DNA of 64,000 nucleotides from assembly GCF_045037415.1 (NCBI RefSeq), contig NZ_CP173438.1; one strand, given 5' to 3'. This DNA comes from Escherichia coli (GTDB lineage: Bacteria; Pseudomonadota; Gammaproteobacteria; Enterobacterales; Enterobacteriaceae). A program made the position numbers and the translations under genes. Of this stretch, positions 63,451 through 64,000 are shown in pieces. How positions within the stretch are numbered: position 1 is the stretch's first letter; each line of letters starts with the position of its first letter. Below the pieces are notes generated by a model. It made no database searches. It was not told the origin of the DNA and was given only the letters and a program-made list of their open reading frames with translations.

Positions 63451-64000
63451 TTATTTCGAGTTGCTATTTGAGGTGTCGAACTGCTGTGTCAGATAGCTAC
63501 TAGTGGAGTTCAGCGAGTTCATTAACACATCTAATTGGGTGAACTGGGCTTTATAGCGCGTCATTAAGGTATCGATACGTTCACTGGCTGCGTTGTACTG
63601 GTCGGTCAAATTATTCAGCGTTTTGCTGACGCCATCTTTTGCTGCCTGGATTATCCCGGTGGAAGAGAGCCAACTGGTCAGGTTGCTACTAATGCCGGTG
63701 GTTACCCCAGTACTTTTGCCGTCACCTATAAACATTTCACCGATACCAGCGGCATCATTTTTTAGCGCCGTTTGCAGTTTGTCGGTCGCGATTTCCAGCT
63801 TGCCGGTACTGGCATCGCTGGTAATGCCAATCTGTGCCAGCGTTTTATAGTTTGAACTGCTGTGAGTATTGGCGAGCAAGGTTTTAAGCTGAGTCTGGAT
63901 GGTACGCAGTGTGGAGTCACCGAGTAATGCGCCATTACTGGAGTCCTGACTTTCAGCTCCGGCATCGACAGCGGTGTATTTGGTTAAGCTGCTGAATGTA
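63451..64000 (-). CDS. fliD: Flagellar filament cap protein FliD, 3' part only (gene continues beyond window end)
   Basis: C-terminal FliD-like translation ending ...QQFDTSNSNSK; the reading frame stays open to position 64000. Confidence 0.9.
   Translation of the reverse strand, partial: TFSSLTKYTAVDAGAESQDSSNGALLGDSTLRTIQTQLKTLLANTHSSSNYKTLAQIGITSDASTGKLEIATDKLQTALKNDAAGIGEMFIGDGKSTGVTTGISSNLTSWLSSTGIIQAAKDGVSKTLNNLTDQYNAASERIDTLMTRYKAQFTQLDVLMNSLNSTSSYLTQQFDTSNSNSK

Overview
This window reads as an Escherichia coli-type chromosome segment, in reverse orientation relative to the K-12 map, with three parts. (1) Positions 1 to ~23,948 are the right-hand portion of a mosaic tailed prophage: a cargo gene truncated by the window start, a lambda-like lysis cassette (holin, R endolysin, Rz/Rz1), an HK97-like packaging and head module, and a Mu-like contractile-tail module ending in a tail fibre with a C-terminal self-cleaving chaperone domain. 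The prophage ends at a 59-nt 3' fragment of tRNA-Ser(CGA), which I read as the att repeat. (2) Positions ~24.6 to 44 kb are core genes: zinT, an IS3-family insertion with a 3-bp GCT duplication, msrQP, hiuH, hprRS, hchA, an intact yedS-type porin, yedR, yedJ, dcm-vsr, yedA, yedI, yodC, dgcQ, yedP, the sRNA dsrA, yodD, dsrB and rcsA. (3) Positions ~44 to 64 kb are the flagellar region fliR to fliE, an emrE-ybcL-ybcM islet with an IS200/IS605-family remnant that truncates yedK, then yedF, yedE, yedD, amyA, fliT, fliS and the 3' part of fliD. No CRISPR array or rRNA was seen. The best candidates for something undescribed are three AT-rich cargo genes inside the prophage (2..898, 2380..2988, 15191..15679); none could be assigned to a family by eye, so their functions are open. 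All calls rest on reading the six-frame translations and the nucleotide sequence against remembered protein and RNA sequences; no searches were run.
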